The notes under the pieces are model-generated. The model did not search any database and was not told the origin of the DNA. It saw only the letters and a program-made list of their open reading frames with translations. The translations under genes and the position numbers were made by a program. This document shows, in pieces, positions 1-10,320 of a stretch of DNA of 64,000 nucleotides. Source of the stretch: Eledone cirrhosa (lineage: Eukaryota); contig OZ024746.1 in NCBI GenBank assembly GCA_964016885.1, positions 56,420,001-56,484,000 on the forward strand. Reading direction: 5' to 3'. How positions within the stretch are numbered: the stretch's first letter is position 1; each line of letters opens with the position of its first letter.

Positions 1-120
1 GGAAAATCGACTAACTTTTTAAATTCCGTTTGTGATAACATTTTACACGTTTTTATTGTATGTAAACTTCCCCCTTTGTATTTGTCCCCTTCTTTTGTGC
101 CCCTGTGGCTAATAAAGAAA
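1..120 (+). mobile_element. 3' terminus of a Tx1-like non-LTR element (runs off the window start)
   Basis: The end 'tatgtaaac...tgtcccct...gcccctgtggctaataaagaaa' matches the 3' ends of the Tx1 copies at 35942-36020 and 27348-27380 (read on the - strand), including AATAAA. Confidence 0.65.
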
Positions 121-415
121 TATCTACAGATTTAGCATATAGTTATAAGGTTGGTAATTTAAAACTATAATCCAGAGATTTGATTCTGACTTAGTTTTTT
201 TCTATTTAATTGCTAAATCTGTAGATATTGTTCTCTATACAGTAACGGTAAACTCACTTGTAATAATTATTTACACACATCTCACTGTGTAACACACTTC
301 TCTTTGTGAAATATATATTTGCATTTGAGCTCAGAAGGAAATTCTCTATTCTTCTTTGAGCTAATACTATTATTATTATTACAGTGAACTGCGGAATACT
401 CTTAATTCCGATCTT

Positions 416-462
<47 letters not shown>

Positions 463-499
463 TTATATGTATGTATATATATATATATATATATATATA

Positions 500-691
500 C
501 GTTATTCCGGGTTGAATCGGAGGTAACCACAGTAAGTAAGGTACTCAATACATAGCAGAGTATAACAGTTTTAATATAGAAGAGATTCTACAGGACTAGA
601 ACTGTTTCATTCATTAGAAATCATCAGGAATCTCCTGATGATTTCTAATGAATGAAACAGTTCTAGTCCTGTAGAATCTCTTCTATATTAA

Positions 692-695
<4 letters not shown>
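500..695 (-). mobile_element. Penelope-like terminal (pLTR) remnant in (TA)n with a long perfect inverted repeat (567-695)
   Basis: Arms of about 63 bp around a 3-nt loop; contains a hammerhead motif; flanked by (TA)n on both sides. Confidence 0.65.
582..634 (-). ncRNA. Type I hammerhead ribozyme
   Basis: Minus strand reads GAGAUUC-CUGAUGA-UUUCUAAUGAAU-GAAA-CAG-UUCUAGUC-CUG-UA|GAAUCUC: complete core, 7-bp stem I, stems II and III, GUA cleavage triplet. Confidence 0.85.
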
Positions 696-741
<46 letters not shown>

Positions 742-761
742 GTATGCATGTGTATGTATAT

Positions 762-1104
762 ACGCGGGGACAGAAATAATCGGTCTAGATACCCGATCAC
801 GCGGTTAAACCACTAGGAGTGAAGGAAACCTAGCCTTTGTTAGGGAATTCTTCTAGTAGAAAGCAGCTCAGAGAATTGTGTTAACTCCGACATAAACCTG
901 CGGTAAGTAGTTACCGATGATGTTGATAATTTTCTTTTCGGGTTGTAGCTGCTGTCGCTCATAAAATGAGAGGGGCTAAGTGAACAGTCTTTCCTCACTT
1001 AAAAAATAATCTTCAGGCACATGTATTGCACGATTGTATTGATTGATAATTATTAACAATGTTATATTGCCCAAAGCCCATACTCGATAACGAGGGGGCA
1101 GCCG
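762..1104 (+). mobile_element. Short non-autonomous retroelement, (TATG)n-tailed family
   Basis: Shares 'aacctgc...gatgatgttga', 'cacttaaaaaa...cttca' and the 3' 'ctcga(t/a)aacgag..gcagcc' motifs with the copies at 3623-5118 and 19615-20910. Confidence 0.6.
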
Positions 1105-1145
1105 TTATGTGAAAACGTATATATATACGTTTTCACGTATATATA

Positions 1146-1188
<43 letters not shown>

Positions 1189-1195
<7 letters not shown>

Positions 1196-1420
1196 ATCAA
1201 AAGACGGTTAAAGGAGTTCCATGTATTTTATTATGCGCATTTCAAAAACAAATATCATCATGCAATAATATTTGTGTTTTCATCAGATAAAATAGGAAGA
1301 CATGATATGAAGTTTAAAAAACACTTGTGAATAGTTTAGTTTTATATCAACATATTTGTTTTTGAAATGCGCATAATAAAATACATGGAACTCTTTTAAC
1401 CATCTTTTGATCTTATATAT
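1189..1420. repeat. Inverted repeat (arms about 1189-1256 and 1352-1420), Penelope-like pLTR remnant
   Basis: 'taagatcaaaaga...tgcgcatttcaaaaacaaatat' recurs as its reverse complement; a second family copy lies at about 60260-60405. Confidence 0.8.
1224..1294 (-). ncRNA. Type I hammerhead ribozyme with palindromic stem III (dimer type)
   Basis: Minus strand: UAUUUUAU-CUGAUGA-[long stem II]-GAAA-UGCGCA-UA|AUAAAAUA; 8-bp stem I. Confidence 0.8.
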
Positions 1421-1715
1421 TATGTATACTCCAGTCCTACAAACTGTAGAGTGCTTCTTATCCGATATCTGCATTGCTTTATTGTACTACAATAAAACTC
1501 ACCCCCTCATATATATATATATATATATACACAAAATAAGCAATTAAATATATTAAACTAAGATTTGATTATTTTGTATTTCGGCTCAGTAATACATTTG
1601 ATAATTTACATTGAGCCTTTTGTCCTACCGGTAAAAGGCTAGTACTTAGTACTACCCTCCATATTTATAATTATATATAAACGATATATAAGTATAAGTA
1701 TACGTATTATTATTA

Positions 1716-1906
1716 CGGTGAATTGGCAGTGTCGGTAGAGGGTTGGACGCCATGTTTTCTAGCATAGTTACGTCGCTTTACAGTCTGAGTTCAATCCCGC
1801 CGAGGTTAACTTTGCCTTTCATCCTTACGGGGTCGATAAAATAAAGTACCAGTAATGTACCGGGTATTTGCTGGTCTTGTGCCTAAAGTAGAAACACTTA
1901 TTATTA
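1716..1906 (+). mobile_element. tRNA-derived SINE, copy 1, with (TTA) tail
   Basis: A-box-like 'tggcagtgtcgg', B-box-like 'gagttcaatccc', central 'cctttcatccttacggggtcgataaaataaagtaccagt', TTA tail; preceded by TATTATTATTA. Confidence 0.8.
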
Positions 1907-1917
1907 CTATATATAAA

Positions 1918-2110
1918 GGGCGGTGAATTGACAGTATCGGTAGAGGGTCGGACGCCATGCTTTCCAGCATAGTTACGTCCCTTTACGGTCTGAGTTCAAA
2001 TCCCCTCGAGGTTAAATAGGCCTTTCATCCTTACGGGGTTGATAAAATAGAGAACAAGTAATGTACTGGATAATTGCTGGCTTTGTGCCAAAAAGTAGAA
2101 ACAATTATTA
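1918..2110 (+). mobile_element. tRNA-derived SINE, copy 2 (head-to-tail with copy 1)
   Basis: Colinear with 1716-1906; B-box 'gagttcaaatccc'. Confidence 0.8.
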
Positions 2111-2261
2111 CTACTATATATATATATATATAATTAGTGTTGGATTCTTAAACCGTCTGTATGCGGTAGGCCGTATTAGTATTTGTTCTCGGTATGGTGA
2201 ACTAACTGTTGTGTTACCACTTCTATATATATATATGTGTGTGTGTGTCGTACCACTTCTA

Positions 2262-2300
<39 letters not shown>

Positions 2301-2455
2301 TAATGATAATAATTATATTATTTTTCGTTATGTATATACTATACTATACATAACTATAAACAGGAAAAGTCAGTAATGTATTACTACCCTATTACTAGTA
2401 AGGGAAATAAATTCCAGCAGGAATATACATTACACAAGTTATGTTCAAATCATTT

Positions 2456-2507
2456 AATAGCAGACAATTGTTTCTTCCAAACTTCAGTTTGGAGTCATCG
2501 GAGCATT
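2456..2507 (-). ncRNA. Degenerate hammerhead motif
   Basis: Minus strand: CCGAUGA-CUCCAAAC-UGAA-GUUUGGAA-GAAA-CAAUUG-UC; one core substitution and an imperfect stem I. Confidence 0.5.
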
Positions 2508-3622
2508 ATCAATGTTTGTACATGTAATTAACCTCCTATTCAACTCAAGAATCATATAGATACATATATATTGATGTTGTGAACAACAGTTAGTATATAT
2601 AGAGTGTAAACGATGCGACATATATTATACGAGAATTGTACAGAATTAAAATTAATATTAACATTAAAATTAAAAGTACAGAGTGGAATACATGCGACAA
2701 ATAATACAATAGAATAGTCTAATAATTAAAGAGGCATTGAGAAAGAAGTACATATTCAAGCGTCTACAGTTTGTACATGCGTTAGTAATATATATGGGAA
2801 GGAAACAAGCAAATGTATTAGGCATATATGAGTACTGTAGGCACGTTATTACATAAAATATAAGCACTTTAAGCGAATATGTTAGTGTATTATGGAGGAT
2901 GTAAAGCGATGATAGTTTATGTATAGTTCAAATTTGTATGTGTGTAGAATATTCGGTAGAAATCAGGACACGTCATGACTATCCAATTATTTGTAAATCT
3001 AAACGAGTAAAGTGATCTCGTTAGCTTTGGTTCGCAGTTTATCTAGAAGGATAACTGATTTCAAAACTGGGTAGATGGAGCGCCTTAGTTTCCATGGTAG
3101 CAAACTTTCAAGTGGTCAACGTTTTCATCCCCGTGATGAAGATGCACGAGCTCTGACATGGTACCCGGCTTCCGCGTAATGGTCCTTCGCATTTTTCCCA
3201 ATGTGAATTATGGACAAGCAGCATCATATAGATTAGTATTGCTGCAATTGACAAAGGCCTCGGATCGTATCAATGAGGATGGGTAAAGAGACTTCATTTT
3301 AAATGTATAATTTTTAGTTTTTTATTCTTATTAATTCTCTTGTAATACCCAACATTTGATGCGATGTATTTTACTAATACATCGAAAGCGTTAATACCTT
3401 ATATATTTGGTATACATTATAAAACTCTTTTAAAAAAGATTTGCCCCTCTCATTTCTACAATAATGTCATTTTGACGAATCAAAGAAAGGGAAAACCAGA
3501 AAAACACACACTTAAATAGATTTTCCGTGCTATTTCCAATTTCACTTTTTTCTCTATAACCACTGTTTTGTATAGAATCTTACTTCCCTTTTCATATATA
3601 TATATATATATGTATGTATGTA

Positions 3623-4189
3623 AGTACAACCTGTCTCATGGTCGGGTCGTTGGCGACTAAACTGGCAACCCCACCAATGTTTCTTGGTGAGGAGGGTGAC
3701 TTTCGACATCCTGCAGGACTAAAAACAAAACCTGTCAAAGGGCAAAGGAGCTCTTAAGAGTCAATGGCCATCCAAAATCACCGGGAGAGATGACCCCTTA
3801 GCCTTTGTCAAGGCAGAATTCTAGGAGAAGGAAAACTCTGATATAACACCTGCAACGCTGATGGTATCCAATGATGTTGACTTGTTCTTCTTTTTGGTAA
3901 ATATCATCTTGGTTAAGAGAGTGGGACTGGCTTTGTGCAGTGCCTTTGCTCACTATAAAAGCTTCACGGCACAGGCATTGCTTTATATCTGGAGATCACT
4001 CTGCATTTGTCGTCAAATGGTACCATGGGCCCAGCACTATGTGTCAATAATTGTCACAAATGTAGTGTTTGTACCAGAGTTTTCACGTCGCTGGCTGGAC
4101 TAAAAAGTCCCACTCGTTCAGCGCATCGGTAGGGGTTTCTCCTACATGGATATAAAATAGTGGTCATAATCGAAAACGAGTTGGCAGCC
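3623..4189 (+). mobile_element. Short non-autonomous retroelement, unit X
   Basis: Near-identical inverted copy at 20460-20910; ends 'cgaaaacgagttggcagcc' followed by a TATG-like tail. Confidence 0.75.
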
Positions 4190-4224
4190 ACTGTATGTAA
4201 GTATGTATATATGCACGCATATAT

Positions 4225-4549
4225 TTTTCGTTTTGTTTTGCTTTTTGTTTTCGTGGAGTGAGCGATTCTTAGTCTTGATTAAAACCTCTCTGTAAATCCT
4301 GCGACTTAATTTGCATCCAATGATGTAGACCAGTTTCCTTATCGAGCAAATGCATTCGATGTTCAAAAAGTGGAATTGGTCCCATACAAATTCTTTCGTC
4401 ACTTAAAAAAGCTTCAACAGAGGTATCGCATCATATCTGAGATTTTTTGCGATGCGATGTATTGCTTGCCCTAGCAGGACTAAAAAGCCACGTCCGTCAT
4501 GCTCTTACAAGTATCAAGCGATGGCATTATTCGAAATCAAGTTGCAGCC
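4225..4549 (+). mobile_element. Short non-autonomous retroelement, unit Y
   Basis: Aligns by eye with the reverse complement of 20041-20330; same 3' 'gttgcagcc' end. Confidence 0.65.
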
Positions 4550-4604
4550 ATCCTCATGATTATCATATATATATATATGTATGTATGTATTTAGGTATGT
4601 ATAT

Positions 4605-5118
4605 TTCAGATCGCTCGCCAGTGCTACTGGTAACACAGTACTACCTGTCTCATGTTCGGGTCGTTGGCGACTAAACCGGCAACCCCACCAAGCTAACTTG
4701 GTGAGTAGGATGAATTACAAGATCCGGGATGAAATACAAGATCCGGGAAAGGGAGGAGGAACTCAGCAGAGTGAACAGCCTTCCAAATAGTACTTTTATG
4801 TTTTTCTTTACGTGGGAGTGAAAGGCCCCCAGTTGTTGTCAGAACACCTTTCTAAGAGAGGGAAACGATGAAAATAACCTGCGGCTTCGGAAGCATCCGA
4901 TGACTTTGACCAGTTCTCCTTTTCGGGTAGTGTTTTCGATGCTCGGAGAGAGGGATTGAGCAAGTCCAAGGCCTTTCTCCGCTTAAAAAACCTTCAAATC
5001 ACAGACATTGATTGTTCAGGATCTGTTACAGGTTCGTGTGGCTGGCTGTGGCAGAAAAGTGCACCATTTTCTGTAATCTGACAAGCGATTGCAATACTCT
5101 TAGCAGAGTTTGCAGCCA
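4605..5118 (+). mobile_element. Short non-autonomous retroelement, unit Z
   Basis: Aligns with the reverse complement of 19615-19998; ends 'gagtttgcagcc' followed by (ATGT)n. Confidence 0.7.
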
Positions 5119-5149
5119 TCATGTATGTATGTATGTATTTATATGTATG

Positions 5150-8100
5150 TTCTTCTGGTTTTATAATTTCACAAAGTTTTACTAATAGAGAGAGAGTCGG
5201 TTTCTAACATAGACACAAGACTCTCTCATTGAAATGTACACAACATCAACTAGGTAGATATGTATGTATGTCTGCATGCATGCATGTGTAGATATGGATG
5301 TTATTGTATGTGTGGATGTGTATGTTTTGAGTTGTATGTGTGCATGTGTATATGCTTTGTATCTGTATATGTTTATATGCAGTTATTAGATGAAGCATTT
5401 TTGGAATGTTTTACATATTTTTACTGTTCCATTAATGGATTGTACTTGTAATTTCCTAACTAGTTGTGTTCTTTCTGTTCCTGTGAAGCCTAGCTTCTCA
5501 AGATTTGTATTGAGGCAGTTACTAATATATCCCAGTGCCCCAATAATCACAGGCATAAATCTGAAGGTGTAATCAGGGTGGAGTATCTGCAGATTTCTCA
5601 TCAGTTCTGCATAAATATTCTCCTTTTCACTAATCTTTGATATTTTATTGGCATCTGCTGGGCAGCTAATTTCCACTACTGTGCATGTTTTCTTCTCCCC
5701 GTCCCATATCATAATATCTGGTCTGTTATGCCTGCATTTTATTGGGGTTTTTACTGGAATATTCCACCAGTACTCTTTCATATTATGTACATGGATGTCT
5801 TCCACATTGTTGTAGCTTTTAATGTGTTTATTATCGGGGCTATCCTTTTTACGAACTGCATTGTACAGTGTTTTGGCCACTACATCATGCCTCATATGTA
5901 GATAGTACCGCGATGACATCTTTGGGCAGCTGCTGATGACATGGGTGATATCCTCGATGTGAGTTCTGCAGAGTCTGCAGTTGTTATCACATCTAGTTGT
6001 TTTGCCTGCATCCCTATCTCTTTTGTGAATCAGGTATTTCGTGCTAATCTCCTGTTCTTGGATTGCAAAAGCGTATCCTTCAAAGTGGGAGCCAATATAG
6101 CGGTTGTTGGTCCAATATAGATTACTTTCCTTATATATATTACTCTCACTCTGGAGCATCCTGGCAACATACCCATGCATGATTTTTTGCTGATAGGCAT
6201 GCTGTTTTTCATCCATGGATTCACTGCGATACTGCTGAGCGACATTCCTGGGTGTGAGTTTTTGATTATCACGCAGGGAATATCTCACAAGGAGTTCCTT
6301 CCCAACTCTCATTATCTTATCTGTTTCATGCAGATAGACTTGCTCGAGATGCGGGCTCCTACGCTTCGAGGTTCGTAGAGCTTTTCGGAGAGATATGATG
6401 CGACATTCAAATGTTGTCTGGACTGATGTTAGGCCTCTGCCTCCCTGCTTACGTTTCAAGTAAAGGCGGTCTATGTCACTGTTGATGTGGAAGTTTCCGG
6501 TGTTGTTCAGTATTTTTCGAGTTCCAACATCAACTGCTCGGATTTCGTCCATCGTCCAATTGAGTAATCCAAACGTTGGTGTTAGGACAGGCACAGCAAA
6601 CACATTGTGAGCCACTGTTTTGTTTTGCGCAGAGAGTTCCGATGACCAGATCTTTCTTAATCGGGTGTAGTATTCGCTGGTTACGAGTTCTTTATTACAT
6701 ATACCATTATAGGATATGTTCTCATCTATCCCCAGGTATCCGTAGCAGTCCTCATCAGATATCGGTGGAACAGTTAGACCATTGATAACAATGTTGCTAG
6801 ATTGGGTTGTTGTTTTTACCCGCTTTACAGTCATGTATGAGCATTTATCTTGGCCAAACTCCATTCCTATATCCTTTCAGAACGTTGTAACCAGGTCAAG
6901 ATTTTTCTTCATCCCATCCATGTTCTTGGCATAGAGTTTCAGATCGTCCACAAAGAAGTTATGGGTTAGGTTAGTATTTCTGTCCTCCTGTGAGCCAATG
7001 ATGTATCCCTCACATTTCTTGAGCAGAAAAGACAAGGGGTTTAATGACAAGATGAACAATATCACAGAGATACGGTCCCCCTGAAATATACCCCTGCAAT
7101 ATTTTCTTTTATCAGTGAAAATAGAGTCCTCCCTCTCTGTCTTTAACCTTAGCATAGTAGCCCAAGAAGAAGACAGCCTACCTACAGCTCTGACAATAAT
7201 GTCTGGGACTTTAGCAATTTGGAGGGCCTCTATCATCCAAGAGTGGGGAACAGAATCAAAAGCTTTCTTGTAGTCCAGCCAGACTGTAGTCATATTCCTC
7301 CTAAGTTGTCGCACCTCCGACATCGCAGTTTTGTTGATTAGGAGTTGTTCAGTACATCCCCAGACCCTTTTCTTTCCAGCTGCTTGTTCATTTGTGATGA
7401 TGTTATTATTTTCACAGTGATCTTGGAGGAATAGGTTGAGGCAGGCTGTATACATCTTATACATCAGGTTCTGGCATGCAATGGGTCGGTAGTTTTTTGC
7501 CAAGGGGGTGTCTTTGTTCTTGGGGACCAGTAACGTTTGTGCTAATGTCAACCATTCTGGTATAAGTGTATCTCCCTTAAGAACTTGTTGGTAGAGGTCA
7601 GTAAGATACCTCCGATAGAATATTAGTTTTTTGTACCAGTAGCCGACAATCATGTCTCTTCCTGGTGTTTTCTTATCTTGGAGTTTTCCTATCACAGTCT
7701 CAAGGGTACCCTCACTTATTTCGTATGTTTTTGTTGTAGTGTAGGAGCAATAGTTCTTTCGGATTTCTCTTAGCCACACTGCATCCTGGTTGAAATTCTA
7801 CTTTTCACCCCATATTTTTCTCCAAAAGGAATCTATGTCTTTCTGGGATGGGGCCTCAGTGACACTTATTATGTTGCCCTTCATATCTCTATAGACTGAT
7901 GTTTGGTTTCGTCTGAATCTTTTATTAAGCATTTTTCTCTCATCTACCTTCTTCAGGTATCGGCGTTTTTCGCTAACAGCTCTCAATTCTTGTTTGAGGG
8001 TGATCAGCTTATATTGGAGAGTTCTGGTTCTACTGTTACCAAACATCGTCTCTATTTTATTTTTCACTCTTTGTTTGTGAGGAGTGAGGTTTGTTTGTGT

Positions 8101-9257
8101 TTGTTTGCATGTAAGGAGCATTATCACATGTCCTATGTTTTTTCGTAGGTCAGCACTCTTTTTTTCTATTTTAGTTATATATGATGGTATTTTTGGTGGT
8201 GTTTTGTTCTTGTTAATATCTCTGCTATCACCAAGATAATGCTTCACTGTCATTGCTAAGGCATATAAACAGGCGTTGATTTCCCAAAATGTTGGGTTTT
8301 TATCCGTCGGAAATATTCATCCCCTATTTCGTCAATAACACGTAGTATTTCATTATTTCGTTTTTTATTCACCATTGTCATTTTAACACGTTCAGCCAGA
8401 GAGATATTTATACATCAGTTAATTTCTCTCTGGAAGATTTCGTTGTGGGAAATTTTCAATTGTTTATACTTTTGATTATCATTATCGATAGTATTTTCCA
8501 CAACAGTCGAGGTAGACTCGGATGGTATACGTGGTGTCACATTTATTCGATTATTATTATTATTTCTTCGACTATTATTATCGATAGTGTTTTACCCAGC
8601 ATTCGAGGTAGACTTAGATGGTACAGGCATAGTTGTTTCAAGGCGCTGTTCGACCTGGCTGCTAGGAAGTCTAGTCGCATGGCGATCTGTAGCACGTGTT
8701 GTTGATTCCATGCTTGTTGTGGGGGACTTACAATTAATAATATTTATCTTATTTTTACGTTCAACAAACGTCGCTTGTTGGCCTAATTGTTTCGCTGTGA
8801 AATAATTTAGCTCTGGGTGCATTTCGTCCCAGTGTAGCTTCATTCTATTCATATAGCCAATGGAGGGTTTGTTTTTTGCCATTTTATTACAATTAAATAA
8901 ATCATTATTAAGTTCGCAACTCCAAGAGAAATGCGATTTATAATTTCGGTTTCTTCTGTAGCTACAACTGAATAAAGTTTGATTACCTTCTTTGTTATTT
9001 GTCTTCGATACTTCCTTAATTTTCTTGTTGATGTTGTGTTCAGCCATGCTGTTTGTAGCAAATCCTTGTAAAATGAATTATGTATTTAGTCGGATATCTC
9101 TACGAATTGGAATAAAAGGTGTCTTCAGAAGGGATAGTTAGAAGAATAACCAGGACAACCTGGCTGTAGTTGTGGCATTACTGTCTGATTAAGTATTCAT
9201 CTTAAATTTAATAAATAGTCTCCCACGCCAAAATATGCGACTGATCGCGTTGACTGA
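5150..9257 (-). mobile_element. Near full-length R4/Dong-clade non-LTR retrotransposon (family 2) in (CATA)n
   Basis: Single-ORF organisation with RT and RLE; both ends abut (CATA)n on the element strand. Confidence 0.88.
5386..9047 (-). pseudogene. Disrupted ORF: Myb-like N-terminus, reverse transcriptase, CCHC knuckle, restriction-like endonuclease
   Basis: ORF pieces 8592-9047, 7798-8253, 6877-7779 and 5386-6864 (the last three in one frame, split by TAG and TGA). Motifs NYRPIAC, DYKKAFDSVPH, GIFQGD, FVDD, CRLC-x8-H-x4-C, RHD, RPDI, EISCP. Confidence 0.9.
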
Positions 9258-9355
9258 TGGATGGATGGATGTATGTATGTATGTATGTATGTATGTATGT
9301 ATGTATGTATGTATGTATGTATGTATGTATGTATGTATGTATGTATGTATGTATG
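9258..9355. repeat. (ATGG)/(ATGT)n microsatellite
   Basis: Direct reading. Confidence 0.95.
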
Positions 9356-9356
9356 C

Positions 9357-9612
9357 TTGGAGGAACCTGTACTAGAGGTATGGCTATTGGGCTTACGATA
9401 ATAACATTGTTCGTTCGATTCCAGGGTTGCGTGTCGTGTACTTGACCTAAAACATTTCATTTCACGTTGCTCCCGTATTAATGAGTACTCTGGTGAAAAT
9501 GAGTCCCATCAATTACTTGGGGTTTAACCCTAAAATGGGCTGCCATGAAACCGGGATAAACACCGGCTAAAGAAGCCTTCTGGTTTAAGACAGACTTTAG
9601 ACTTTAGACTTT
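9357..9612 (+). mobile_element. Degenerate tRNA-derived SINE with (AGACTTT)3 tail
   Basis: B-box-like 'gttcgattcc', CORE-like 'aaaacatttcatttcacgttgctcc', 'gaaaccgggataaacaccggc', tandem 7-nt tail. Confidence 0.6.
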
Positions 9613-10288
9613 AAACTAGATATGTGTATGCACGTATATACATATGTATATAAATAATTACGTAACAGATTGCTGTTAGAGAACTTTCATCTAATTAATA
9701 TCTATTCTTTTCAATTAACAATTCCTTTGTCTATTACATCACGTATATTACTTTATATATTGTGTTAACTCGAATGGTGAAACATAAAATTTGCACTAGA
9801 CTTATATCATTAATTAAATGTAGATATGCCTCAGCATTGTCGCAGTCTAATGATTTAAACTAGTAAAAGAAGGAAAAAATAAAAGAATATATTTTCTTTT
9901 CAGATCATTTTTTCATTGCGTCTCCTCTCACATCTTCTCTATAGAGAAACGTAAATACAACGCTGTACTGGTGTTGTTGTTTTGTCTTAATATAATCAAT
10001 GTAGTTATTGTATCGCAGTGCATTGAAGTTATTTGTCCTTGACTTAGGACATGTACTCAATATAACACATATTACAGGCTTGTTATTTCTATTGCATCAA
10101 AGATATACCCATATTCACAATGGCTATATAAATATACACACACACAGACACATATATATATATATGTATATATACGCACACACACATATATATATATATG
10201 TATATGTGTGTCTGTGTATGTGTGTGTATATTATAAATGTATATATAAATATATACATATATATTCATATATATATACATATATCATA

Positions 10289-10320
<32 letters not shown>

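Noticed and set aside
2520-3330. Possible Penelope GIY-YIG coding remnant next to the degenerate hammerhead
   Set aside because: Only a weak 'FYVITC' resemblance; no YIG or other motif was found.
3861-4103. 80-aa ORF repeated at 20545-20787 as a conserved small gene
   Set aside because: It lies within near-identical repeat copies X and X'. More diverged family members do not visibly keep it, and it has no recognisable motif.
6877-6879. In-frame TGA as selenocysteine
   Set aside because: The position corresponds to Ser in the F-S-x-D-I motif of the related family (TCA to TGA), and the copy has other lesions.
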